NCBI GenBank assembly: GCA_964270895.1
Contig: OZ185439.1
Length of the DNA: 64,000 nt
Reading direction: 5' to 3' (one strand)
Origin: Podarcis filfolensis
Lineage: Eukaryota
Part shown: positions 28,901 to 39,699 of the stretch, one piece after another
Layout of the letters: each line of letters begins with the position of its first letter
How positions within the stretch are numbered: position 1 is the first letter of the stretch
Notes under the pieces: model-generated
Seen by the model: only the letters and a program-made list of their open reading frames with translations
Database searches by the model: none
Told to the model about the DNA's origin: nothing
Translations under genes and position numbers: made by a program

Positions 28901-29388
28901 TATGAGGCGGTCTCAGAAAGCCCCGCGCGTCTCCTGCCTTTCGGATTCATTCATAATCTGGGCGATTGTGAGGGCAGGGAAAGGGGTCGGAGGAGAGCTT
29001 GCTACGTCTCGGCAGACCTTCTCCGGGCAGTCTCTCTCCTCCCTACCTCCTTCCCTGCTGATTTCTGCGGCGGCTTGGCCTAGCCGTATTTCGCCCCCCC
29101 CCCCGCCGCTCCCCTGTCCCTCGAGAGCGGAAGTTTTGTGAAAGTCCCTGTGTGATGTGTGCTACCTTCCTCCCCTCCCGCCCCTTCTCCATCTTTGTTG
29201 TTGCTCTTGCAGGAAGGAAACTGGAAGGGAGTTGAGAATTGCACTTTGGTTAGTCCACAATGAGCTGCTCGGTGGCCAATCAGGCAGTCCGCCCCGAAGC
29301 AGACACCGATCTGAGCTCTCCATTAAATCGTCTGCTCGTTACGAGGCTAAGTGAGAAAGAGAGACAGGGCTGGGTGTGGAAGAAGAAC

Positions 29389-29414
29389 GTGTGTGTGTGT
29401 GTGTGTGTGTGTGT
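29389..29414. repeat. (GT)13 microsatellite upstream of the ZIC4 promoter
   Basis: Directly visible. Confidence 0.9.
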
Positions 29415-29929
29415 AAAAGTAAATGGTTGGAGGCTAGCAGGAGAACAGAAAGCAGAAGGGGCTTGAGCCACGATCCAAGCCATGCAGGAGTCAGGAGATC
29501 ACCCAGGATACCTCCAAGCGCCTGGCTCTTCTAAGCAGATGATCGGGGACAACCAAAGCGTCTTTGGAAGGGGTGGGGAGAAAGCAACAGCCACCCGCCG
29601 GCCAGCCTCGCCTCCCAGGCGCTCCCAGGAGCTGCTGCCGCCGCTTGCTCAAGGCCTTGTTCCTCCTTTGGCAACCACTGCTCATTAGCGCGTAAACGAC
29701 TCGGAGGACCCCTCGTTTCGTCTGGGGAAGACGGTTCCAGCGGCCCTTAATCAGTTAAACGCAGATAAAAACAAAATGCGGGGAGTAAATGCAAACACCG
29801 GACAAGCTCGGCGCACTGGTTAGGGCTAGAGAGGGAGGGGGCAAAGGGGGAAGAGGAGGAGGAGAAAGGGAAGGAGCTTTTGGTGGGGGGGGGGGGAATT
29901 AGCCACAAACGCCGCGCAGGCGCACTGCT

Positions 29930-30110
29930 TCCCGAGTCCTCTTCCTCCCTCCCCGCCCCTTTACCCCTTCCTAAATCTTTTCAGACTTCAGCGGGGACCT
30001 GTCAGCGCTGACTTCGGTCAGGCAGCTTCGGCCAATCAGCGCCCGCCCTGATTGTTTAGCTCTCTGGGTTGGAGCCTAGTCTGTGAAGCGCTATTCAGTA
30101 GCCTCCCAGC
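29930..30110 (+). promoter_or_regulatory. Putative proximal ZIC4 promoter
   Basis: GGCCAATCAG CCAAT box (30032-30036), CCCGCCC GC box (30042-30048) and a reverse CAAT element in CpG-rich sequence about 430 nt upstream of the ATG. Confidence 0.55.
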
Positions 30111-30462
30111 GTCCTGCTGCTGCTTCTCAAAGCGTATGGGATTCCACGTAGGCATTAAAAAAAAAAAAAGGAAGGAGGAAAAACACACACACACAAAATA
30201 ATGGAAGAGGAGGGGGAGGAAAGAAAGGGGAAGGGGGGAAGAGGGGAGCAAAAACAAAACAAAGCCAAATAGTCCAGACCAAGAGAGAGGGAGGGGAAAA
30301 ACCTTTTTTCTTTGCGGGTGGGGGGGGGGACTTTCAAAAAAGTTTTTCCACCGCTCTTTCCCTCTTCCTCTTTCTCCCTCGCTCCCCCCTCCTCGGCGTC
30401 AGGTGACTTTTTAGAATTGTAGTAGAACCAGGAGAGCTTGGAGGCTTTGGGGGAGCCCAGTA

Positions 30463-31654
30463 ATGGACTCTGCTTCACTCTCCAAACGGAACACGGCGCT
30501 GAAATTACTAGGCTTGGCAGGGGCTCCTCGTCATCGTCATCACCGCCTCCATCACCACTCCCCTCAGAGCATGACAGGCTTCGCCGGGCATCCCCACTCC
30601 ATGGTTCCCACGCACCCTGGGGAGTACGCTGCAGAAAGCCGCCTCGGGCTGAGTCCATTCCGGTCAGAACACATGGGGCACCACCACCATCCTCTCCATC
30701 ATCATCATCACCACCGCCACCACTCTCATCCTCCTCATCACTCAGCGGCCCTTAAGCTCAGCCCTGCCCCTCAGCCTCATCCCCACCATCCTGTGACAGG
30801 CCAAGCCGAGGTGGTACCCAGTCCAGCAGGAGCATTTGGCCCGGCGCAGTCAACAACAGTCCCTTACGCAGTCCCTCACCCAAGTCATGCTCTTTCATCA
30901 GGTAGGGAATTCTTCCTGCGCAGAGATCTGACAGCCCCAGTCATGCCAGGGCTCCCTTATCAACACTCTGCTGCTACAGGTTCTCACCATGGAATGTTTG
31001 TCTCAACAACAGGTAGCTACCCCGGACACCATGCTCACCACCACCATCACCACCACCTCCACCACCACCACTCAGAAGCCGGAACTCCCTCGCTTTTTAC
31101 TGGACTCCACCATGAGCAACCTCCCCATGCAGCTCCAGGTGGCCATCTAAACGGACAGATAAGGCTGGGGCTACCTGGAGAAATGTATGCCAGGTCTGAA
31201 CCTTTCACGCCAGTACCAGTCTCCAGGACAGATCCTTTTGCTGCTTCCTCCTACCACGGCTACGGTGGCATGAACCTGAACGTGAATTTAGCTCCACACC
31301 ACGGCCCTGGGGCTTTCTTCCGCTACATGAGGCAGCCCATCAAGCAGGAGCTCATCTGCAAGTGGATCGAACTGGACCAGACTCCCAAAAAATTATGCTC
31401 GAAAACTTTCAGCACCATGCACGAGCTGGTGACTCACGTCACCGTGGAGCACGTTGGAGGGCCGGAACAGTCCAACCACATTTGCTTCTGGGAAGAGTGT
31501 CCCAGGGAAGGGAAGCCTTTCAAGGCCAAATACAAACTGGTCAACCACATCCGAGTCCACACGGGGGAGAAACCTTTCCCTTGTCCTTTCCCGGGATGCG
31601 GGAAAGTCTTCGCTCGCTCGGAAAATCTCAAAATCCACAAAAGGACGCACACAG
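30463..31654 (+). CDS. ZIC4: ZIC4 coding exon 1, long form (His-rich N-terminus, ZOC-like motif, ZF-NC, zinc fingers 1-3)
   Basis: [20 protein letters not shown]... with [10 protein letters not shown] (ZOC-like), [25 protein letters not shown] and [12 protein letters not shown]; donor CACAG|GTCAGT at 31655. The head-to-head position with ZIC1 identifies it as ZIC4. Confidence 0.95.
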
Positions 31655-34600
31655 GTCAGTATGGAAAGGTCTTTCTTCATTCGTGTTTTGTTCAACTATC
31701 TGCTGCATGTGCGATCTCCCCCACCCCACCCCCGCCCGCTATAATTCTACATAGAATTAATACTAGCCAATGAAGACCGGATCAATAGTTTGTTTTGATT
31801 GTTGTCTTTCGTTTGAAGAATTGAGGCGTGTGTGGATGCATAATGCTGACGTGTATGTGTATGTGCGTATGCAAGAAGGGTCTTCCATGATTTAGATCGG
31901 GATTTCCTGGAGAGGGGAGAGTTAAAAAGCCCTATAGAGACGGAAAAGCATCCAATCTTGATGCAAGCTCGCAAATTAGGAGCGAACAATGGAAGTTGCA
32001 ACTTGTCTAGGCAGTTTTGAGTGATGCTGCTGGGATGCTGCTTCTGCCGCCTTCCTTGTGAGAAAAGCACAGCTGCAAGGTCCCCTCTTTTTGTTTTGTA
32101 TGAGGAACCCTGCAATGTTTCATCCCAAGTCTTCGTAAGAGCCTTTTCCTTCTTAAAGTGCTACGGAGATTGAAATATGGGAAGGTGTTCTTTTTGGAAC
32201 CTGGGAAGGAAAGAGGGGAGTAGTGGTGTGTGTTTGGAGTTAATTTTGTCTTCCTAGCCTGTTCCTTTTGAACGGTCATTGGCCAGAATTATGAAGGAAT
32301 ATTTTGTCAGAGATAGGAACAATTTCTACTTAACACAGAAAGGAAAGTTATTTGAAGGGGAAGACCTTGCCAACACCCTCTTTGACCTCGGAATTCACAG
32401 AAGCGTCTGTGGTGAATGAATGAAACTGGCGCTATAAAGTTTTCAGACTTCCAAATTCAGCCTGTGAAGTTGCAGAGAGTTAGTTTAGCAGCCGGTCTTC
32501 TTAGCTTTTTATTGCCTTCTCCACTCCACTCCTTCCTATCTGACTCTCTTTCTCTCTCTCTCACACACACACCAGAAGATAATAAATAAGCCCTTTTGGA
32601 AAATTAAATCCGTTCCACTGTGCAGTTTTTTTGCACACACACTCCACAGCCTTATAAACTCCCAGGAAAACGACATAATCCTATTGTAAGATATCCTTAC
32701 AACCCAACGACTCTCTCTCTCTCTTTCTGCAGTTCTAAAATGTCGTAGCCTTAACTGTAGTATGGTTAGGTTAGTCCCTTCCCCCCCTCCAAAAACTACG
32801 TTTAAAATAAAGCTGTGCATTTGATGGAGAATATTTTGTTACTTATTTTATTTAAAATATTAATAAGGCGAATGACACCAAGGCATCTTCGTGTTAGGTA
32901 GGAAAGCACTGAAGAGCACAGTTCATCCCTTAATTACAGTGTTTTTCTTAAGTAAACAAACTTTAACTGCCCTTTAGCCGCCTTCTCCTTTGAAGTCTAT
33001 GAAGCAGAAAATGGTCGGATTCTTGGTAAATTTGACCTACATCAGTGCAACCAGTTGAGTGTCTGGGAAGGGTGCGGGCTTGGAGTTCAGCATTCAAAAT
33101 GTACTACATTATGTAGTCGTTTCGCTTGAACTTCCCTGCTTAATTAATTTATTTTTGCAGTGGCGGTGGGCTAGGCTTGGGATGGAGAGAGGGAGAGGTG
33201 GAGGTGGAATCTTTAGGCCTTATTACAATGCAGCGTTTTCGATTGACCCACCCCGCCCTAAATTCTCAAACCCAAATGTTTCTGAAATGGCAATAGAACT
33301 TCCTGCAAATTATTCATGAAGACAGTTCTAGATTTAAACGAGAAAATAATTGCCTTCTCAAATATTAATGACGTTGCGTTTCCCTGAGCCTGGGCAGACA
33401 GGAATGGGTTTCTGGAGATGAGAGAGAGAGAGGGAAGGAGGGAGGGAGAGAGAACGAACTTAATTCACAATAACGTAGCACAGGTATCAAAAGAAGGAAA
33501 GCAAAAATCACTTCCTTACCATCAGTACTGGCCAAGGGACAATTGTGACCAAGTTGGTGTTTAGGCCGCAGTAAGAGAGGTATGTTTTAACTTGTAATTT
33601 ATAGTGCTGGCGCTGGCAAGCTCAATATCCCTCCTCCCCTCCCCCTCGAGAATTTTGCAAATACTTTAATCCAGTCCCAGAGTTGGGAGGATTATGCTAA
33701 AATCTCCAAGCTGTACGTATTGCTCTCCACAGCGAGTCCTGTGAGAGCTACAAGTGTGGGTAGAAAATGGCGGTGTCGACTCGCTGCAGTGTGTGCGCGC
33801 GCGCGCCCTTGCCCCCATCCGTCCTCAGTCCTCGCTTCCTCTCTTCCTCTCCCCCCCCCCCCATCTCTCCACCCCCAAACACACACTTTCAAAAGTGCGG
33901 CGGGTCAGAGACAAACATGCAAACACGTTTCCTTTTGACCGATACATATTTACGCGCAGGGAATCCTATCCTTTTAACGCGGAACTCTAACATTAACCCT
34001 AGGCCTGAAACCACATTCACAGATAATGCGCTGCAGCCAACAAGAAAGAGCCCCCTTCTGCAATCATTTCTTGTGGCCGGGGCCTTTATTTACCCCTGCC
34101 AAGGTGCTGAGGTGTGGAAGGTGGGGGCGTACAAGAAGCTGGCCATTTTTATTTATTTTTCTGTTGCTGCTCGCGAGAAACAAGACCGGTCTTATACCAC
34201 GATGTAACTCACGCCGCCCGATCGCTGGGTTTATGACGGGGCCTCTCCCCAGGGCCTCCTAACTTACTGCTTGCCTGTGCTACACCAATCCTCGTGATTT
34301 GTTATTTCAGCTGAGTAGCGGAAGGTCAAACTGTTTCTTTACAAGGAACTATAATTAAAATACTTAAAGAGCCGTCAAAATATACAGATGACCTTCCTTT
34401 TCTTTTCTCTCCCCGCCAAAACAAAGCAAAATGAGTAAATACCTTTCGATGCAGGTACACACGGAGCCTCACTTGTCATGCCTAGCCTGCTAAAAACGTC
34501 GTTTTCTCGCAGGCCTGAGACCAATATTGGTATTTGCCACCGATATTCTTTAAAATGTGGAACCATATTTTACTCCTTGCAATAACTAGCCGTCCAGCAC

Positions 34601-35524
34601 GGCGGATTTCCCTGAATCATTACACCGACAGAGAATGCTTTTGTAGGGGGGGAGTAGCAGTTGCTTAGCTCCCCACCAACATTTCTTAAAGAACACTTTA
34701 GCCTTAGCATATTCAGTAGACACAGCTTTTTTTAATAAAAAAAATGTTTTGTGCTGAAGTCTGAATATACAACATGGCCTCATTAAGGAACTCATGTTTT
34801 TAAAATGCTACACAAACAAACACACACTAACACACATATGCACTTACCCTGCTATTTTGGCAACATTTGCCTCTAAGAAACACATAGTATCCTGACCTTC
34901 ATTTCCCATCCCTGTCAAATATGCGTTATATCATTTTTGCGCGACTTTCGTACGCAAGCGTCTCTGTCTGTTGGTTTTTCAGAATAAGGCATCCGTGCCC
35001 CGTAGAGACATCAAAGCACGTGGCTTCAACGTGTTTTCCTTTATCGGTGAAAAATCGCCCATGCAGCATTTGGTGTACAGACTATCTCCAGTAGATTTCC
35101 TGGGGAATCTGGCTTCCTTCCGTCTCTCACCCCTCCTCACCTTTCCAATATCTCCTCCCGCATATGGTGTTTAATATGTTTCCAATGCATATCATCTAGT
35201 CAGATCAATGAGTTCTCCCATGGACAATGCACTATGGACTGCGTCGTTGTTTTTCTCTTTCTCTTCGCTGCTAAATAGGTCCCTGTCTGTTAGTTTCTGC
35301 AGATTTTCCTTGATAGCAAAATGAAATCTTGGCCTACTCAGTAAGGCGTTGGCTGTCCCAGCAGAATGCTACTGAGATCCTTCTAGATTATTAATCTATA
35401 CTAAGGATATGTAGTGGAAAGATACTCTATCGTAGATTATTCTCCAGAAACTACCAGAACTGCCTTTAGGTTAAGTTATGTATTAATTTAGTTATTTCCA
35501 TATGAATTTGAGAGAGGTGAAAGA

Positions 35525-35585
35525 GATGATAGATGATAGATAGATAGATAGATAGATAGATATAGATAAATAGATAGATATAGAT
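35525..35585. repeat. (GATA)n tetranucleotide repeat in the ZIC4 intron
   Basis: Directly visible, imperfect. Confidence 0.9.
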
Positions 35586-36299
35586 TTCTAAACCTGTGCA
35601 ACACTGGTTCAACCGTGGTATATCTAAACGATGGTTTTAATGAGCTGGCTGCTGACATTTGCTCATCGTTTCCTCCGAAGCCTACTTTGCAATCCCACTT
35701 TCCTCCAAAGCCTATTGGCAAGGTCAAATGTGAGCTCTTGTGCGACTCTGTGTGTGCGGGCAAGAAGAAGGCGCCTTGCAGCATGTGGAGTTGTTTATGT
35801 GGGAGTGCCCCAGACTAGTAAGAAGCTATGCACCACAAGGCCACGAATCCGTAGTTCTGGGGTTTCAGATCCTAACCTAGGTTATGTAGCCATCTCTGAA
35901 GTAAAGGGGTTGTCAGGTGAGCGAGCTTGGAGGGGCATTTGTGAGATGGGAAATATGTGTCCATACCGACACGGTACGAAAAAGAGGAGCGAGCGAGATG
36001 GGCAAGGAGCCTAGGGAAGAGAAAGCGTTGTCCCACCTCGTCGCCTCAGGCCCTTCATCCAGGGCCTGGAACATTTCCACCCTTCCTCTGGAAGGCAGGC
36101 GTTGATAGGGATGAACACACAAACTCACACACGAAGCTTCCCCCCTTTGTCATTTCAGAAGACCCCACAGCTTTAGAGATCTCTCCTCACACCCTTGTAA
36201 TCCTGTTCACATACAGTGCTGCTAGGCGCTTCTGCTGGGTTTGGCTTCACGGCCACTGCTGGGAAAGCGAGGTGGGGCGAGGGCGACACAGAGCTCATC

Positions 36300-37030
36300 G
36301 CTCAATAACCTGTGACCTGCAGACACGCCACCCCGCCACCCCAATAAAACACGCAACACCCGCACCTTTCCCCACCCTGGTCCTTTACGCAAAGTCTCCC
36401 TGGATTCCCTCTTTTCCTTGCAGGCGAGAAGCCCTTCAAATGCGAGTTCGAGGGCTGCGAGCGCCGCTTCGCCAACAGCAGCGACAGGAAGAAGCATTCC
36501 CACGTGCACACGAGCGACAAGCCCTACAACTGCAAAGTGCGAGGCTGTGACAAGTCCTACACGCACCCCAGCTCCTTGCGGAAGCACATGAAAGTCCACT
36601 GCAAGTCCCCACCTCCCAGCTCGGGCTACGAGTCGTCCACCCCGTCGCTGGTGTCGCCGTCGTCGGACTGCGGCCGGGAGCCCCCTCAGCCGCCACCACC
36701 GCCGCCGCCGCCACCGCCTCCCGCAGCGGCTTCCTCCACCCAGGCGGCAGCCAACCTGAGCGAATGGTACGTGTGTCAGAGCTCAGGGGCCAGCGGCATC
36801 CCGACTCCACCCAGTAACTCTCCGTCACCTCACCCGGGAGAGGCCGCTTACACGAACTGCGAGCCCCGGCCCACTTATTAAAGTCAATACGGTAGGATGG
36901 CCCGCCGGCGGCGGCGAGACTGCATTGTTCTTTTCGGGGTGCTGTGGATCCTTGGCTCACACTGGACGAACGGCGGGTCGGCAAGGCCCGGTTCTTGGGG
37001 GAGGGGCGGAAATCGATCCCAGGCCTGGGG
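36300..37030. other. CpG-rich island over ZIC4 exon 2
   Basis: High CpG and GC3 density by eye. Confidence 0.65.
36424..36881 (+). CDS. ZIC4: ZIC4 coding exon 2 (zinc fingers 4-5 and C-terminus to stop)
   Basis: Acceptor CTTTTCCTTGCAG|GC; encodes [71 protein letters not shown]...NLSEWYVCQ...PTY-TAA. KKHSHVH and CKVRGC are typical of Zic4/5. Total CDS 1650 nt, 549 aa. Confidence 0.96.
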
Positions 37031-37689
37031 AGCAAGCCCCCTCCCCCTCCCCAGCCTCTTCCCTCTTCCCCCAGTCAGTCACCTTCGATCAGAAATGCTG
37101 CACAGGCTATCGGAGAGAAGATACATGGGGGGGGGAGGTGGACAAACCTCCTCCCTCTCTCCCCCACCCCCGTTTTGTATTTATTATGGCACAGAGGACA
37201 GCAAACCCCCCCTCCCGCCACCTCCCCCTCCCCGCACCTCTTTCCATGAGCTCTTCTTTTTATTTTACACCCTCCCAGGGCAGACTCCGCGGACCAACTC
37301 CTTCCCATACGTTTACAATGGCCTCGATTTGAATGGAAACATCCTTTTGTATCAATGAACCAAAGTGTTTTAATACGGATTTCTAGCTGTACAGCTGCGA
37401 TCGTCGGTGCTGGTATCTTGTGATGGTGTTTTTTCTTGGACAGTTTTATTAGCCTAGTGTCTGGATTTTAATTGGGTTTCTTGGCGGGGGTGGGTGGCTG
37501 TGTGCGTGTGCTTTTTTTCTCCCAAAAAGGAACATCAGTATCTATAAATATATTATTTGTTACCGAACTGTACAACAAATCGATCAATTAAATACTTTGA
37601 TTAATTTACCAGTTCAGTTGACGTTTTTTTCGGGGGGGAAATCTCTTTACTGCCCCTTTTTCACCAGTATATTCTTCCCACTTGTCACT

Positions 37690-37695
37690 AATAAA
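37690..37695 (+). terminator. Candidate proximal ZIC4 poly(A) signal AATAAA (a second at 38064-38069)
   Basis: Canonical hexamers 0.8 and 1.2 kb after the long-form stop codon, in a U-rich 3' UTR-like stretch. Confidence 0.45.
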
Positions 37696-38497
37696 ACAGA
37701 CCCAAGGGTGGCTTAATGATTTATGGTACATTTTAATTTACACTAGTAATGGATTTAAATGCATAAACATATTCTCCTTTTCTCTTCCCCCTCCCTCGCA
37801 TTATTTCTGTTGAATTGTGAGTTCTTGTGATTCCTTAGTGGATGGAAGGTGAGATCCATGTTAATTGGAGAGAAGGGGGGGGGAGTTGTTATGAGTGACG
37901 TAATTGTGTTGAGTTGCTTGGATTGTCCAAAAGGATTCACGACGTGTCGATTTTTTCTGAACCCGTGGTGTAAACCCAGTGGTGGTCTGGTTTTCAAACG
38001 CACAACAGTAGTTATGTAAAATAACAATTCGAAATATTAATTATTATTTTTTGTAAAGGTAAAAATAAAATGGTTTTAAAATCTTGAACATATGTCGGGG
38101 TCTTTAAAGCTATATGATTCTTATCAGCCCTATGTGAGTCCTTGTCTCTAGCGAATTTCCCAGACGGGGGGAGGAATGCTTGTGGAAATATTATTATATG
38201 GATTTCATTTACTGATTGTAGCTCCTAAACGCATCACTTTGTAGTAAGACCCATATACTTCAATGAAACTTATTTACAGGCAGTATATTTAGGAATGAGG
38301 GAGGGGGCGTGGTTCATTCTAATCGATTTTTAAACTATGGAAAGGCCCATTTGTCTGTAGGCGCTCTAAGATCTTAGCCAAAACACTTCTACAAAGCCAT
38401 TTCCTTCAGTTCAGTGAAGGAGAGTGAAGCAAAACGTCCAGCCCAGTCTTTGGGTTAGCCATGCACACACCACCACGAACAGAAATTTCTTATTTCT

Positions 38498-38661
38498 TGT
38501 GGGAGGTATTATTACTAGAGCAGTCAAGTACAACATTTTCCTGTTGCCTAGAATGGACACACAGGGGAATGTGGCTCCAAAGGGAATGTGCTCTGAGCGT
38601 GAGTGAGGAGGGATAATATCAAAACAATATATCCTCTCCTACCTTCCTTAACATTCCCACA
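38498..38661 (+). mobile_element. 164-bp internally deleted LTR-like element with perfect 5-bp TSD
   Basis: Ends TGTGGGA...TCCCACA, flanked by TTTCT on both sides (38493-38497 and 38662-38666). Both ends match the reverse complement of 58867-59513. Confidence 0.8.
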
Positions 38662-39311
38662 TTTCTGAACTCTTTCTTTCTCTCTATCTTCCTTGTGCAG
38701 CAGGACCATATGCTTATTTACTCGGAAGTAAGTTCCACTGAGTTCACTGGGACATCCCAGTGAAGTGTGAACACCGTGGTACTTACGTCTGAAGATGGGG
38801 CGGTTGGTGTCATTCAGGCATTCACATTAAATTTTAAAAATAAAATAAATAGAAGAAAGTCTGCCTATCTGGGTATCAATCCATCTATCACCTATCTACC
38901 TTTTGAACAATGTGCATGACTTGGTTCCCCATTCCTTCTCACTGCCTCAGCGAGAGATCCTTAATAGATCGCCGAGTTAAATGGACGAAACATAGCAAAC
39001 AAAGAAATAACCATCCCGTCCCGATTCTCAGGATAAAAATTAAAACAAGATATTCGTTGCCACTACTGCTGCTGCTCGTTTACTCCCTCTGATCTAGCGG
39101 AGCCGTCGTGGAAATGAGAAGGTAGAGATGGATGGATGGAGGCCATCTGCGAAAGATGCTTCCACCTTGTCTGGAGTTGGGTTGCCCCCTCCCGGCTCCG
39201 TCCCTCGGCCCTCCTCCTCCCTCTCCCTTTTCTTCTTGATTTCTTTCTTTGCAGAAGCGGTTTTTGGATGTGTAGGCTAATCACCTTTAATTTTTCATTT
39301 GCTTGTTACAG

Positions 39312-39334
39312 ATGTCTATCCCGTTGCTCTCAAG
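39312..39334 (+). other. ZIC4: Putative downstream ZIC4 exon start (completes TGA when joined to donor 36766)
   Basis: Branch-like CTAAT at 39277-39281, pyrimidine tract TTTAATTTTTCATTTGCTTGTTACAG|A, and a possible donor AAG|GTAATC at 39335. Confidence 0.55.
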
Positions 39335-39654
39335 GTAATCTAGACAGAGGCAGCTGAAAAGCCCCGCATCTTATGCCTTAGACATCAAAGCAGTCTCTCA
39401 CAATGAAAGTATTTCTTCGCAACGGTGAATCTTCATGGTGAGTTAAGATTTCTATAGCAATAGGCAAGTCATACTTAAAAAGAGTGAAAAGCGAAGTCTG
39501 GAGCCCGTCCAGTCTTTTCATGAAGGACATAATATTTAGGTCTAACAGATTCTCTCTCTTTCTCCCCATCCCCTCGCGGCTCAGTTTCTTTCTCCCATCC
39601 TCACCGATGTATATATAAAAAAAACAGAAAACACCCCAACAGTGCCCAAACCAC

Positions 39655-39657
<3 letters not shown>

Positions 39658-39697
<40 letters not shown>
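39658..39697. repeat. (CA)n microsatellite, about 20 units
   Basis: Directly visible. Confidence 0.95.

Positions 39698-39699
<2 letters not shown>

Noticed and set aside
31408-31428. REST/RE1-like TTCAGCACCATG in both ZF1 regions
   Set aside because: Dictated by the FSTMHE codons; the right half-site GGACAG is absent.
31362-31754. Near-identical +1-frame ORFs in ZIC4 and ZIC1 (14731..15078) as a dual-coding protein
   Set aside because: They start at GTG and diverge after the donor. The similarity follows from nucleotide identity of the tract. Kept only as an unlikely alternative to gene conversion.
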